From: Pristiophorus japonicus
Lineage: Eukaryota
Direction: 5' to 3'
DNA length: 64,000 nucleotides
NCBI RefSeq assembly: GCF_044704955.1
Contig: NC_091980.1
Location: 128,526,001 to 128,590,000, forward strand
Numbering within the stretch: the first letter of the stretch is position 1; every line of letters begins with the position of its first letter. Under the pieces are notes generated by a model. The model was not told the origin of the DNA. It made no database searches and saw only the letters and a list, made by a program, of their open reading frames with translations. The translations under genes were made by a program, and so were the position numbers. Of this stretch, positions 31,138 to 46,022 are shown piece by piece.

Positions 31138-31649
31138 GGCATGTGGCTATTTTAATCTCTTCCCCTCCAGAATACTGACTTTGGTTCAGTGGTGGCCTAA
31201 GATGGTCATAGCTGCAAGTCTAATCTTAGTGTTTAACTGGTTTTAAAGTTGGGTGTACTGGAGAAAGAGATTTAAATGTAATCTGGTTACGGTAAGACCT
31301 TGCCCCTCATGTTTGAACCACTTTGCCAAGGGCGTGCTGTTACAGTACAGAGTCTGCACCTTCTGAATAGACAACCCCCAAGAATTACTGCTGAGAGTCT
31401 TTCAATTTTGGGAACACTAGGAACGTGTTTGCTGAAGCAGGTTCCGATCCAAAGCACAAGGAACGTCCGATGAGGCCTCACTAAATTTATCTATCGTGTG
31501 GAAAGGAAAAATTGGGAACATAGTTGGGTATCTTAACGTAAACTGCTAATATATACACTGGACATAATTACCAGCCTCTGTGAACTAGGCCAATGTTCAT
31601 GGAGATTGAAAAGTGAAGAGTCAGCTTTTTTTCAAGCTGTATGTTAGGG

Positions 31650-32045
31650 GTACAATAGTGCAGTGGTTATGTCACTGGACTAGTAATCCAGAGGTCTAGA
31701 CCAATAATATACAGAATGTGAGTTCAAATCCCACCATCATTCGGATTCAGTTTAAAATTTAAAACAAACTAATATCAGTAACCATGGACTTTTAGGATTG
31801 CTGTCAAGATACAACTGGCTCACTAATTTCCTTTTCGGGAAGGAAACCTGTCGTCCTTACCCAGTCTGGCTTATATGTGACTCCATTTGCACAGTAATGT
31901 GGTTGATTCTTACCTGCCCTCTGAAGTGACCGGGCAAATTGAGCACCTGAATATAGTTCAAGAAGGAGTCTCACCAGCGCCTTCTCAGGGCAACTAGGGA
32001 TAGGCAATAAATGTCGGCCTTGCCAGCGATATCCAAACTTGGACA
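31650..32045 (+). mobile_element. tRNA-derived SINE (HE1-like), uninterrupted
   Basis: Paralogue of 19005-20670 lacking the CR1. Confidence 0.7.
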
Positions 32046-32344
32046 TGTTCCAAACTCACATGAAGTTCTAATCTCCAGTAGTTCCTCCTATAGTTACCTG
32101 GCTACTTTCTCCATCTCTTCAGTCTGTCTTCCCCTTGCTGTGCAGCACTTGGCTCAAGCTCCTGCTGTTTGTTTTAATTCTGTTTTGTAATTCCCAGCCT
32201 CTCTCTGCACTCAGCTCTAACACGTGTTCTAACATGGGAGATGAGTCTGGGAACACCGGAGGCAGATAACGTGGAGATTTCACAGATTATTGAGATAGAT
32301 ATTAGCGTAATGGGTAACAGAGAGCTTTTAGTTTCCAGGATCAG

Positions 32345-32800
32345 TCAGAGACTCAGTGGGTAGCATTCTCATCTCTGAGTCAGAAGGTTGTGGGTTCAAG
32401 TCCTCACTCCAGAGACGTGAGCACAGAATCTCGGCTGACACTACAGTGCAGTAATGAGAGAGTGCTGCACTGTCAGAGTTGTCTTTCGGATGAGATGTAA
32501 AACCGCTGCCCCGTCTGTCCTCCGAGCTGGACATAAATGATCCCATGGCACTACTTTGAAGAGGAGCAGGGGAATTATCCCAGGTGACCTGGTCAATATT
32601 TATTCCTCAAACAATGTCACTGAAAACAGATAATGTGATCATGTTCACCTTGCTGTTTGTGGAGCCTTGCTGTGTGCAAATTGGCTGCCACACTTCCTAT
32701 ATTACAACAGTGACTGTGCTTCAAAAAGTACTTCATTTGCTGTAAAGTGCTCAGGGACATCCTGAGTTTGTGAAAGACGTGATATAAACACACATCTTTC
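32345..32800 (+). mobile_element. tRNA-derived SINE (SacSINE1/Deu-like)
   Basis: Paralogue of 20975-21395. Confidence 0.6.
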
Positions 32801-32857
32801 TTTTTGGCCTGCAGTCTATTTCATTGTGTCCAAAATTTCATGAACTGAACATCCCAT

Positions 32858-34732
32858 GGTCCCCTCCACAACTCTTTTTTGGGGGAGACAAAATAAACAT
32901 TAGATCGAGTGCCCCCCGATCTGGGGGACACTCCATCCAGACACTTTTAACTGCCCTCATTTTTTATTTTTTTGTTTTTTGTTTTTTTTTGTGTTTTTTT
33001 TTGTGATTTTTTTTGGGGCATTAAAATCATATAATTTACAAGTGCCCCCTATAAAAGGGGAGGGGGACATTAAAACACGGCAATTAAAACAAATTCAACT
33101 TTAAAACATAAAATCAAATTAAAATTTGGTTGCCGGGGGTGATGATGCACTCCAGTCCCTCCGGTGCCCACCTCTCGCGGAAGGCCGCGAGCGTACCGGT
33201 GGACACCGCGTGCTCAGGTCCCCTCCACAACTCTTTTGGGTAGGAACAAAATAAACGTGAGATCAAGTGCTCCCCGATCTGGGGGACACACCAGACACTT
33301 AACTGCCCTTTTTTTTAATAAATGTTTTTTTTGGGTTTTTTTGGGGGGTTTTTGTGGGGTTTTTTTGTGATTTTTTGGGGGCATTAAAATCATATAATTT
33401 TCAAGTGCCCCCTATAAAAGGGGAGGGGGACATTAAAACACGGCAATTAAAACAAATTAAACTTTAAAACATAAAATCAAATTAAAATTTGGTTGCCGGG
33501 GGTGACAATGCACTCCAGTCCCTCCGGTGCCCCCCTCTCGCGGAAGGCCGTGTGCGTACGGGTGGACACCGCGTGCTCAGGTCCCGTCCACAACTCTTTT
33601 GGAGTTAACAATAAACATTAAATCATAAACATTAAATCGTGCCCCCCCGATCTGGGGGACAGTCCAAACATTTCCCAAGGCCTTTTTTTTTGTATTTTTG
33701 TAGGTTTGTTTTGTGTTCTTTTTTGGGCTCTAAAGCCATAATTTACAAGTGCCCCCTATAAAAGGGGAGGGGGACACTAAAAACCCGGTAATTAAAACAA
33801 ATTAAACTTTAAAACATAAAATCAAATTAAAATTTGGTTGCCGGTGGTGACAATGCACTCCAGTCCCTCCGGTGCCCACCTCTCGTGGAAGGCCGTGAGC
33901 GTACGGGTGGACACCACGTGCTCAGGTCCACTCCACAACTCTTTTTGGGGAGTACAAAATAACATTAGATCGAGTGCCCCCCGATCTGGGGGACACTCCA
34001 GACACTTATACCTGCCCTCTTTATTTTTTGTTGTTTTTTTTGTTTTTTTTTTTGTTATTTTTTTTTGTGTTTTTTTCCTTTTGTGATTTTTTTTTGGGCA
34101 TTAAAATCATATAATTTACAAGTGCCCCCTATAAAAGGGGAGGGGGACACTAAAGGTCCCCTCCACAACTCTTTTTGAGGAAAACATAATCAATTAAATC
34201 AAGTGCCCCCCGATCTGGGGGACACTCCAAACACTTTTCACGTGTCCTTTTTTTTGGTTTTTTTTGGTTTCCTTTGGTGATTTTTGTGTTTTTTTTTTGG
34301 GCACTAAAATCATAGTTGTTTTCCAAGTGCCCCCTATAAAAGGGGAGAGGGACACTTAAAATCCGGCAATTAAAACAAATTAAACTTTAAAACATTAAAA
34401 TTTGGTTGCCGGGGGTGACAATGCACTCCAGTCCCTCCGGTGCCCACCTCTCGCGGAAGGCCGTGAGCGTACGGGTGGACACCGCGTGCTCAGGTCCCCT
34501 CCACAACTCTTTTTGGGGAGTACAAAATAACATTGCATCGAGTGCCCCCCCGATCTGGGAGACACTCCAGACACTTATACCTGCCCTCTTTTTTTTTGTT
34601 GTTTTTTGTTTGTTTTTTTTTGGTATTTTTTTATTTTTTTTTCCTTTTGTGATTTTTTTTGGGCAATAAAATCATATAATTTACAAGTGCCCCCTATAAA
34701 AGGGGAGGGGTACACTAAAGGTCCCCTCCACA
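32858..34732 (-). repeat. Tandem array of six 5'-truncated Tx1 3' ends separated by the target repeat GGTCCCCTCCACA
   Basis: Target repeat at 32858, 33217, 33580, 33925, 34155, 34493, 34720; units ~215-350 bp; empty site GGTCCCTTCCACATTCTAG at ~21467 in the paralogous unit. Confidence 0.92.
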
Positions 34733-35371
34733 TTCTAGCTGATGTGTGTACAGGTGCTCACTAAACTTGGAAGTGATGGAGTATCTGAGTATTTATGTTT
34801 GACACATTGATCACCAGCAATTTGCATTCATCTGACCCACTTTTGGTTGATTTGCACACTCACTGATCTGTTTGGATGTTGCATCAAACCCGCAGATACC
34901 TTCAAATGACCAACGCACAGAACCATCCAGAACTATTAAAAAGACACTGACTCGCAAACAACAGAGAATTCAATTAACCTTTCAAGGTGGCCATTAACTG
35001 GTCCAGGCAGAGCACGGTCAATGGGGTGTTCTCTCCGTCTGCCTGACTCTCTTCCGCGGCTATATCCGTGCCCGGGTATCCCTGGAGAGGGAGCACGCGG
35101 TGTCTGCCGGTATGCTTAAGGCTTTCCGTGACCGGTGGGCGCCAGAGGGACTGGAGTGCAGCGTGGATACAGAGAACTAAATGATAAATTGAAAAGTGCT
35201 TATGTTAGTTTTGTCATGTTTGGAACTTATTGTTTATTCCCCCTTATAAAGGGGACACTTATGGTTTAAGTTTTTCCCAATGCCTAAAGAATAGAGGATT
35301 CATTTAAACCTGTGATTCTGGATATCTGAACTGTGTTTGAGGAAAGTTTACACAATTCAGATCCTCATTAA

Positions 35372-35545
35372 GTTGTCAACCAATGATGTTCGTCCTTCAA
35401 AGATCTGACTGGCTCTGGGAGTCCATCTCCCCTCCTCCCATTCCTTGATTGGTGCTCTGAGAGGCTGCAAGTTCTGATTGGGTATTGAGGACTGTCACTC
35501 ATCCTGCAGTGTGCCACACCCTGGGTTGTTCAGCAGTATAAATAC
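35372..35545 (+). promoter_or_regulatory. Ferritin copy 3 promoter (three CCAAT boxes, TATAAA 35537-35542)
   Basis: Paralogous to the copy 1 promoter. Confidence 0.65.
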
Positions 35546-35643
35546 TGGCATTTGCAGTTGTTTGAATTTCTACAGGTGTTTGAGGTTGACTACGTTTCAG
35601 TTTGTTGCTTCTACAAAGTTTAGATATGTGAAAAAGAATCTAG

Positions 35644-37793
<2,150 letters not shown>

Positions 37794-39039
37794 ACTGACT
37801 GTTTCAAGCTTATTGTATTTGCCTACAGGACTGGGGTCCTAATTATATAATGATGGCTTATGACTTTGTACAAAGAGCTAAGATGTGAAATGTAACATAA
37901 CTGTGTAAATAAACTGTTCCATATTGGACTGGGTTTTGTCTCCTTGTATGTATGAGTGGTTGTGTATCTTTCAATTAAACAGAATTACACTGAATTATGG
38001 AACAATGTTATGGGATTGTCAAATCAAATTTGGTTTGCTGATATGTTGAAGTATTGAGTTTGGTTATTCAGAAATGTATTGCAAGGTCTAAAAATGTTCA
38101 AGGGGATGTTAATGGTCTGAACACATTCATGAGATGTTGACTGAGGGATACAGCATGGTCAGAAGTAAGTTTTAGGGAATGTTATAATAGGTTTAGAGAC
38201 AGAATGGCAGAGCTTAAGCTTCAGAGATGTATAAAAATAGCTGTTCCCTCTAGTGAATATTCTCTTGGCTATTATATATATTTACTTTTAATTTAACAAA
38301 ATACAAGTTGTTTTAACGCACTAAACAGTGGCAGCATTTTCCAGTAAATCAGAGTTTCACTCTTTCAGTCTATGGAAGAAAGTGACCTGGATTAACATCC
38401 TCTTTAATATTAGCCCTGGAATTAACAGTTTGTTTTCAATATTTGGAGCAGATCCTATTCAGTTATTATTGCAGTTTGTTCAGTAACTGAACTGACTGCT
38501 GCTGTAGGCTTTGTATGCAAAGCAGCAATTACTGTATAGACCAGTAATGTCTGAGTGCATTGAATGTTGGGAACTACAATTGGGTGAGCAGGGAAAGCAA
38601 CAGGTGGCATCAGCTTGATGTCATAGCTTCATTGTTTAGTGTGGATACCCGAGCGTGGTAGTTCTGGGACAGATTCTCTTCCGCCTGCTCCCATCGTGAT
38701 TGAATCACTTGCCAACATGATCTATGCTCACGTGAAAAAGGTACTGAAGGATAACCTGTGCAACTACAGTCCAACAAAATATAATCCTGCTGGAAGAAAC
38801 AGTAAATGTATTTCTTTAAATGTAGAAAGCAAGAGGCCCAAGATTTTAAACACAAGGCTCTAGAAAAACATTTGCCCCATCCTGAGCCTCAATGCCAAAT
38901 ACCTGAATTCATCAACCCAATGTGTCCAGTTGCATTTGCTCCCATTGTGCATTTCATACCAAATAGTAATCAATCCTGTCCAAATCCCAGTGGATCTCCA
39001 TTTTATTGCTTCACCCCGTGAATAGATTCAAATGTTAAT

Positions 39040-39970
39040 GCTGAACTCCAAGCCATCGTCAACACCCTCACCGAGGCGTACAAAAGTATTAACCTTACGC
39101 TAACCATCCGTAAGATAAAGATCCTCCACCAACCTGACCCCACCACACAGCACTCCCCATGGTCATTAAAATCGCCCACATGGCCTGGGACAACATGGAC
39201 CATTTTCCATATCTCGGGAGCCTACTGTCAGCAAGGGCAGACATCGATGATGCGGTCAACACCGGCTCCAGTGCGCCAGCGTTTCCTTCGGTCGTCTGAG
39301 GAAAGGAATATTTGAAGATCAGGACTTCAAAACTGGCATCAAGCTTGTGGTCTGCAGGGCTGTAATGATAGCCGCCCTCCTATGTGGCTCAGCGACGTGG
39401 ACTACATACAGAAACCAGCTCAAAACACTGAAGAAGTACCACCAGCACTGCCTTAGCAAGATCCTGCAAATCCATTTGGAGCAAAGACGCACCAAAATCT
39501 CTGTTGTTGCTTAGGCCAACATCCCCCCGGCATCGAAGCACTGACCATGCTCAATCAGCTCCGTTGGGCTGGTCACATTGGCCGCATGTGTGACACGAGA
39601 CTCCCAAAGCAAGCGCTCAACTCGGAGCTTCGTCACAGCAGGTTAGCTCTAGGTGGGCAGAGGAAACGCTTCAAGGACACCTTCAAAGCCTACTTGATAA
39701 AATGCAACATCCCCACCGGCACCTGGGAGTCACTGGTCGAAGACAACCCAAAGTGGAGGAACAGCATCCGGGAGAGCGCTGAGCACCTCGAGGAGTCTCA
39801 TCGCAGAGAGCAAGCAGAAACCAAGCGCAGACAGCAGAAGGAGCGTGTGTCAACTCAGGCTCCCCAGCCCCGCTTTCCTTCAATTACTTTCTGGCCGACT
39901 TGTGACAGGTCCCACATTGGTCTCTTCAGCCACCTGAGAACTCACTTTTCGAGTGGAAGCAAGTCATCCT
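39040..39970 (+). mobile_element. RTE LINE 3' fragment
   Basis: QLRWAGHIGRM.DTRLPKQ..GGQRKRFKD..C..HIGLFSH. Confidence 0.85.
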
Positions 39971-40009
39971 CATTTTTGACTCTGGATCATTAGTCCAGGC
40001 CTCTGGATT

Positions 40010-41655
40010 ACTTATGTAAGATCATATAAAATAAGAGCAGGAGTAGCTCATTTGGCCCCTCGAGTCTGCTCTGCCATTCAATAAGATCATGGCTGATCTG
40101 ATCATGGCCTCAACTCCACTTCCCTGCCCACTCCTCACAACCCTGGCCTCCCTTATCGTTCAGAAATCTCCACCTTTCATATATTCAGGCTCCTGATATA
40201 TGGGAAGTGGTTCACGTTGTCCAGGGCCGCGCCGTGGACGTTGATAACTTGGGGGGGCAGTGCTGTGCAGTGAGGACAGCATATCTTGGGAGCCTCCTAT
40301 CATCAAGAGCAGGCATTAATGACGAGATCCAACACCGCCAGTGTGCCAGTGCAGCCTTCGGCCGCCTGAGGAAAAGAGTGTTTGAAGACCAGGCCCTCAG
40401 AACTGCCACCAAGCTCATGATCAACAGGGCTGTAGTAATACCTGCCCTCCTGCATGCCTCAGAGATATGGACCATGTATAGTAGACACATCGAGTCGCTG
40501 GAGAAATATCACCAACGATGTCTCCGCAAGATCCTACAAATCCCCTGGGAGGAGAGATGCACCAAAATTAGCGTCCTCAACCAGACCAACATCCCCAACA
40601 TTGAAGCACCGACCACAGTTGATCAGCTCTGCTGGACAGGCCATATAGTTCGCATGCCAGACACGAGACTCCCAAAGCAAGTAGTCTACTCGAAACTCCT
40701 TAATGGCAAATGAGCAAAGGTGAACAGCAGAAGCGTTACACGGACACCCTCAAAGCAACCTGATAAAGTGAGACATCCCTACTGACACCTGTTCAAAGAT
40801 CACCCGAAGTGGAGGAGCATCCGGGAGGGCGGTGAGCATGCAGAAATCAAGCGCAGGCAGCGGGAAGACCGTGCGGCAAACCTGCCCCACCCACCCCTTC
40901 CCTCAACTACTATCTGTTCCACCTGTGACAGAGTCTGTGGCTCTCGAATTCGAATGTTCATCCACCCAAGAACTCATTTTAAGAGTGGAAGCAAGTCTTC
41001 CTCGATTCCGAATGACTGCCTATGATGATGATGATGACATATATTCAGTGACCCAGTCTCCACAGATATCTGGGGTAGAGAATTCCAAAGATTCACAACC
41101 CTCTGAGAGAAGAAATTCTTCCTCATTTCTGTTTTAAATGTGCGTCCCCTTATTCTGAAACTATGCCCCCTAGGTCCAGTTCCCCCATGAGGGGAAACAT
41201 CCTCTCTGCATCTACCCTGTCAAGACACTTCAGAATCTTATATGTTTCAATAAGATCACCTTTCAGTCTTCTAAACTCCAATGAGTATAGGCCCAACCTG
41301 CTTATCCTTTCTCCATGTGACAACACCTTCATCTCAGGACTCGACCTCGTGGACCTTCTGTGAACTGCCTCCATTGCAAGTATATCCCTCCTTAAATAAG
41401 GAAATCAAAGCTGTATGTCGTACTCCAGGTGTGGTCTCACCAACGTCCTGTACAGTTGTAGCAGGACTTGCTTACTTTTATATTCTGTCCCCTTTGAAAT
41501 CAAAGACTACATTCCATTGCTTTCCCAATTAAATGCTGTACCTGCATACTAACTTTGTAAGTTTCATGTACAAGGACCCCCAAATTCCTCTGTATTGCAG
41601 CATTTTGTAATCCCTCCCTATTTAAATAATAATTTGATTTTTTATTTTTCCTACC
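40010..41655 (-). mobile_element. CR1 LINE 3' fragment, interrupted by an RTE
   Basis: RLGLYSLEFRRLKGDLIETYKIL; flanked by HE1-like SINE sequence (39975-40010 / 41655-41690). Confidence 0.8.
40189..41037 (+). mobile_element. RTE LINE insertion with 5' inversion, (GAT)n tail and 11-bp TSD
   Basis: TSD CATATATTCAG at 40178-40188 and 41038-41048; tail ATGATGATGATGATGA; 40189-40276 inverted. Confidence 0.88.
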
Positions 41656-42169
41656 TATTTATCCAGTAGCATAACCACGATTCTACCATATCCCACATCG
41701 GTACCCTATTGTTCTTGTTGCTGGGACCCATCCCACTGCACCTCATGGTTGACTAATCTGCCAACACTCAGTGACTCGGCTCCCACATGAATAAGGAATT
41801 AGGCAAGGATTAAATGCATAAAGGAAAACACCCAAATTAAATAGATACTTCTCCTGAAAGCCTTCCCCCTGTTGTCCCCAACCATGCCTATTCCATCAAT
41901 TTATAACCCAATACCAGCAGCTCCACCATAAATGTATCCATTTGTATTTCATCCTGTTGTGCATTTCATACCATAAGCAATCATCCTTTCCAAATCCTAC
42001 TGGATCTCCATTTGTCCCCTTCTCGTCCATGAATGGATTCAAATGTTGTTAATGCTGGAGCTGCAACAATCCAGTGTTTACAAGTTAATTAAGGAACTTT
42101 ATTGAGAACTGCACTGGGTGCAATAAAATTGTCTCCTTTAGTCTTTCCATGTTAATGTCTTTTTTATTC

Positions 42170-45100
42170 ATTGCGGAATGTGGACATCACTGGCAAGGCC
42201 AGCTTTTATTGCTCATCACTAATTGCCGTTGAGAAGGTTGTGTTGAGCCGCCTTCTTGAACCACTACAGTCCTTGTGGTGAAGGTACTCCTACAGTGCAT
42301 TTGGGAGAGAGTTCCATGATTTTGTACCAGCGACGATGAAGGAATGGCGATATATTTCCAAGTCAGGATGGTTTGTAACTTGGATGGAAATACGGTGTTC
42401 CCATGCGCCTGCTGCCCTTGTCCTTCTAGTTGTTAGAGTTCGCGGGTTCGCAGGTGCTGCTGAAGAAACCTTGGTGATTCCTGCATTGCAGCTTGCAGAT
42501 GGTGCAGCCATGGTACGCTGGTGGTGGAGGCAGTAAATGTTGAATGTGCCAATCACGTGGGCTACTTTGTCATGGATGGTGTTGAGCTTCTTAAGTTTTG
42601 TAGTAGCTACAATCATCCAGGCAAGTGGAGAGTATTCCATCACACTTCTGACTTGTGCCTTGCAGATGGTGGAAAGGCTTTGGGGAGTCAGGTGGTGAAA
42701 CACTTGCCATAAAATTCACAGCCTCTGACCCGCTCTTGTTACCACAGTATTTATGTGACTGGTCCAGGTACGTTTCTGGTCAATGGTGACTCCCAGGTGT
42801 TGATGGTGGGCGATTCTGTGATAGTAATGCTCTTGAATGTTAAGGGCAGATGGTTAGACTCTCGCTTGTTGGAGATAGTCATTGCCTGAACCTTGTGTGG
42901 TGCAAATGTTACTTGACATGTATCAGCCCCACACTGAATCTCATCCAGGTTTCTGCATTTGCCATGGACTGCTTCATTTTCTGAGGAGTTGCGAATGTAA
43001 CTGAACACTGCAATCATCAACAAACATCCCCACTTCTGACCTTATGAAGGAGGGATGCTCATTGATGAAGCAGTTGCTGATGGTTGGGCCTCGGACACTG
43101 TCCTGAGGAACTCCTGCAGTGATGTCCTGTGGCTGAGATAATTGACAACCATCTTCCTTGGTGTTAGGTATGACTCCAGCCAGTGGAGAGTTTTCGCCCT
43201 GATTCCCATTGACTTCAATTTTACCAAGGATCCTTGATGCCACACATGGTCAAATGCTGTCTTGATGTCAAGGACCGTCACTCTCACCTCACATATAATT
43301 CTGCTCTTTTGTCCGTGTTTGAACCAAGGCTGTAATGAGTACTGCAGATGAGTGGTCCTGGGCGAACCTAAACTGAGCATCAGTGTACAGCATATTAGTG
43401 AGTAAGTACTGCTTGATAACACTGTCGACTACACCTTCCATCACTTTGCTGATGGGTGAGAGTAGACTGATGGGGCAGTAATTGGCTGGATTAGATTTGT
43501 CCTGGCTATTTTGGGCAAGACATACCTGGACAGTTTTACTCATTGTCGGGTAGATGTCAGTGTTGCAGCTGTACTTGGAACAGCTTGGCTAGAGGCACGG
43601 TTCGTTCTTGCTGCATCTAGTGAGCTCAGCCGTTTCTTGATATCGCATGAAGTGAATTGAATGGTCTGAAGATTGGCTTCTGTGATGGTGGGGACCTCAG
43701 CAGGAGGCTGAAATGGATCATCCATGAGGCACTTCCGGCTGAAGGTCGTCGCAAGTGCTTCAAGCTTGTCTTTTGCACTCGTGCTGGGCTCCGCCATCAT
43801 TGAGGATGGGGATATTAATGAAGCTTTTTCCTCCAGTTAGTTGTTTAATTATCCACCATCATTCATAACTGGATGTGGCAGGAATGCAAAGCTTTGATCT
43901 GATCCGTTAATTGTGGGATCGCTTAGCTCAGTCAATCAACAGAAACTATTTCCAATGGCTGAAAGGTCAATTATTAGAAGGCACAGAATTAAGGTGATTA
44001 GCAAAAGAACCAGAGGCGACATGAAGAAACATTTTTTAACTCAACGAGTGATTTAGGATATGGAATGCTCTGCCTGATAGGGTGGTGGAAACAGATTCAA
44101 TAGTTGAATGAGCTGACACAGATTCGATGGGCCGTATGGCCTCTCCCTGGAATTTAGCTCTTTTGTCCATGTTTGGACCAATGCTGTAATGAGGTCTGGA
44201 GCTGAGTGGTCCTGGCAGAACCCAAATGAGCATCAGTGATCGGGTTATTGGTGAGTAAATAACACTTTGTTAGCACAATTGATGACACCTTACATCACTT
44301 TGCTGATAATTGGGAGTAGACTGATCGGGGAAGTATTTGGCCGAATTTGCTTTGTCCTGATTTTTGCGGACAGGACATACCTGGGCAGTTTTCCACTTAG
44401 TCGGGTAAATGCCAGTGTTGTAGCTGTACTGGAACAGCTTGGCTCGAGGCACGGCTAGTTCTGGAACACAAGTCTTCAGCACGACAACCGGAATGTTGTC
44501 GCAGCCCATCGTCTTTTCTATCTCCAGTGCACTCAGCCATTTCTTGATATCACGTGACGTGAATTGAATTGGCTGTAGACTGGCTTCGATGATGGTGGGG
44601 ACCACAGCAGGAGGCTGAGATGGATCATCCATGAGGCAATTCTGGCTGATGATGATTGCAAACGCTTCAGCCTTGTCTTTTGCAGTGACGAGCTGGGCTC
44701 CTCCATCATTGAGGACAGTGATATCCATGGAGCCTCCTCCTCCCGTTAGTTGTTTAATGGTCCATCAATATTCACGACTGGATGTGGCAGGACTGCAGAG
44801 TTTTGATTTGAGCCATTGATTGTGGGATTATTTAGCTCTGTCTATAGCATGCTGCTTCTGTTGTTCAGCATGCATATATTCCTGTGTTGCAACTTCCCCA
44901 GATTGGCACCTCTATTTAGGTACAACTGGTGTTGTTCCTGGCATTCTCTTCTGCACTCCTCCTTGAACCAGGTTTGGTCCCTTGCCTTGATGGTAATGAG
45001 TGAACAATATGCCGACCATAAGGTTACAGATTTTGGTGGAATTCAATTCTGCGGCTGCTGATTGCCCACAGCACCTCCTGGATGCCCAGTTTTGAGATGC

Positions 45101-46020
45101 TAGATCTGTTCAGAATTGATTCCATTTAGCACAGTGGTAGTGCCACACAGCAAGATGGGGAGTGTCCTCAGTGTGAAGACCGGACTTCATCTCCATAAGA
45201 ACAGTCTGGTGGTCACCACTACCAATGCTGTAATGGACAGGTGCATCTGCGACAGGTAGATTGAGGAAGACAAGTTCAAATAGCTTTTTCCCTTCCATTG
45301 GTTCTCTCACCACTTGTCGCAGGCCCAATCTGGCAGCTATGTCTCTCAGCTATGCTCATGCTTTATCTGAACCCATGAGACTTCATGCGATCTCGAGTCA
45401 ATGTTGAGGACTTCCAGGGAAACTCCTTACCGATTGTATACCACTTTACCACAACCTCTGATGTTTCTGCCCTGATGGTGGGGCAGGACATACCCAGGGA
45501 TGGTGATGGAGGAAGCTGAGACATTGGCTGAAATGTATGATACTGTGAGTATGACTATGTCAGGCTGTTGCTTGACTAGTCTGTAGGACAGCTCTCCCAA
45601 TTTTGACACAATTCGCCAGACAGTAGTGAGGAGGACTTTGCAGGATCGACTGGGCTGGGTGTACTGTGGCCGATGCCAGGTGGCTCGTCCTGTTTTATTC
45701 TTATTATTGTTTCTCATAGCGGTTTGTTAAAAATTGAGTGGCTTGCTAGGCCATTTCAGAGGGCAATTAAGAGTCAACCACATTGCTGTGGGTTTGGAGT
45801 CATATACAGGCCAGACCGGGGAAGGGTGGCAGATTTCCTTCCCTAAAGGACATTAGTGAATCAGATGGGATTTTATGAAAATCCGATAGCTCCCTGGTCA
45901 ACATTACTGATACCAGCTTTTTATTCCAGATTTTTATTTAATTAACTGAATTTAAATTCCCCAGCTGCTGTGGTGGGATTAAACATTAGTCGAGGTCTCT
46001 GGATTATTAGTCCAGTAACA
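42170..46020 (-). mobile_element. HER1-like CR1-group LINE, near full-length with internal duplication; 5' end continuous with a tRNA-SINE head
   Basis: EN start KVLLTTVW..QQPDIVILT (45427-45717), RT NYCPISLL, VPQDSV.GP; 43240-43930 repeats 44145-44850; CR1 tail piece at 43935-44145. Confidence 0.85.
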
Positions 46021-46022
46021 TG

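Noticed and set aside
33925-33937. GTCCACTCCAC resembles part of U2 snRNA (some Tx1 families target U2)
   Set aside because: The match is short, occurs in one variant repeat only, and there is no flanking U2 sequence.
32858-34732. CRISPR-like repeat-spacer appearance
   Set aside because: The 'spacers' are homologous Tx1 retrotransposon ends, the context is vertebrate, and there are no cas genes.
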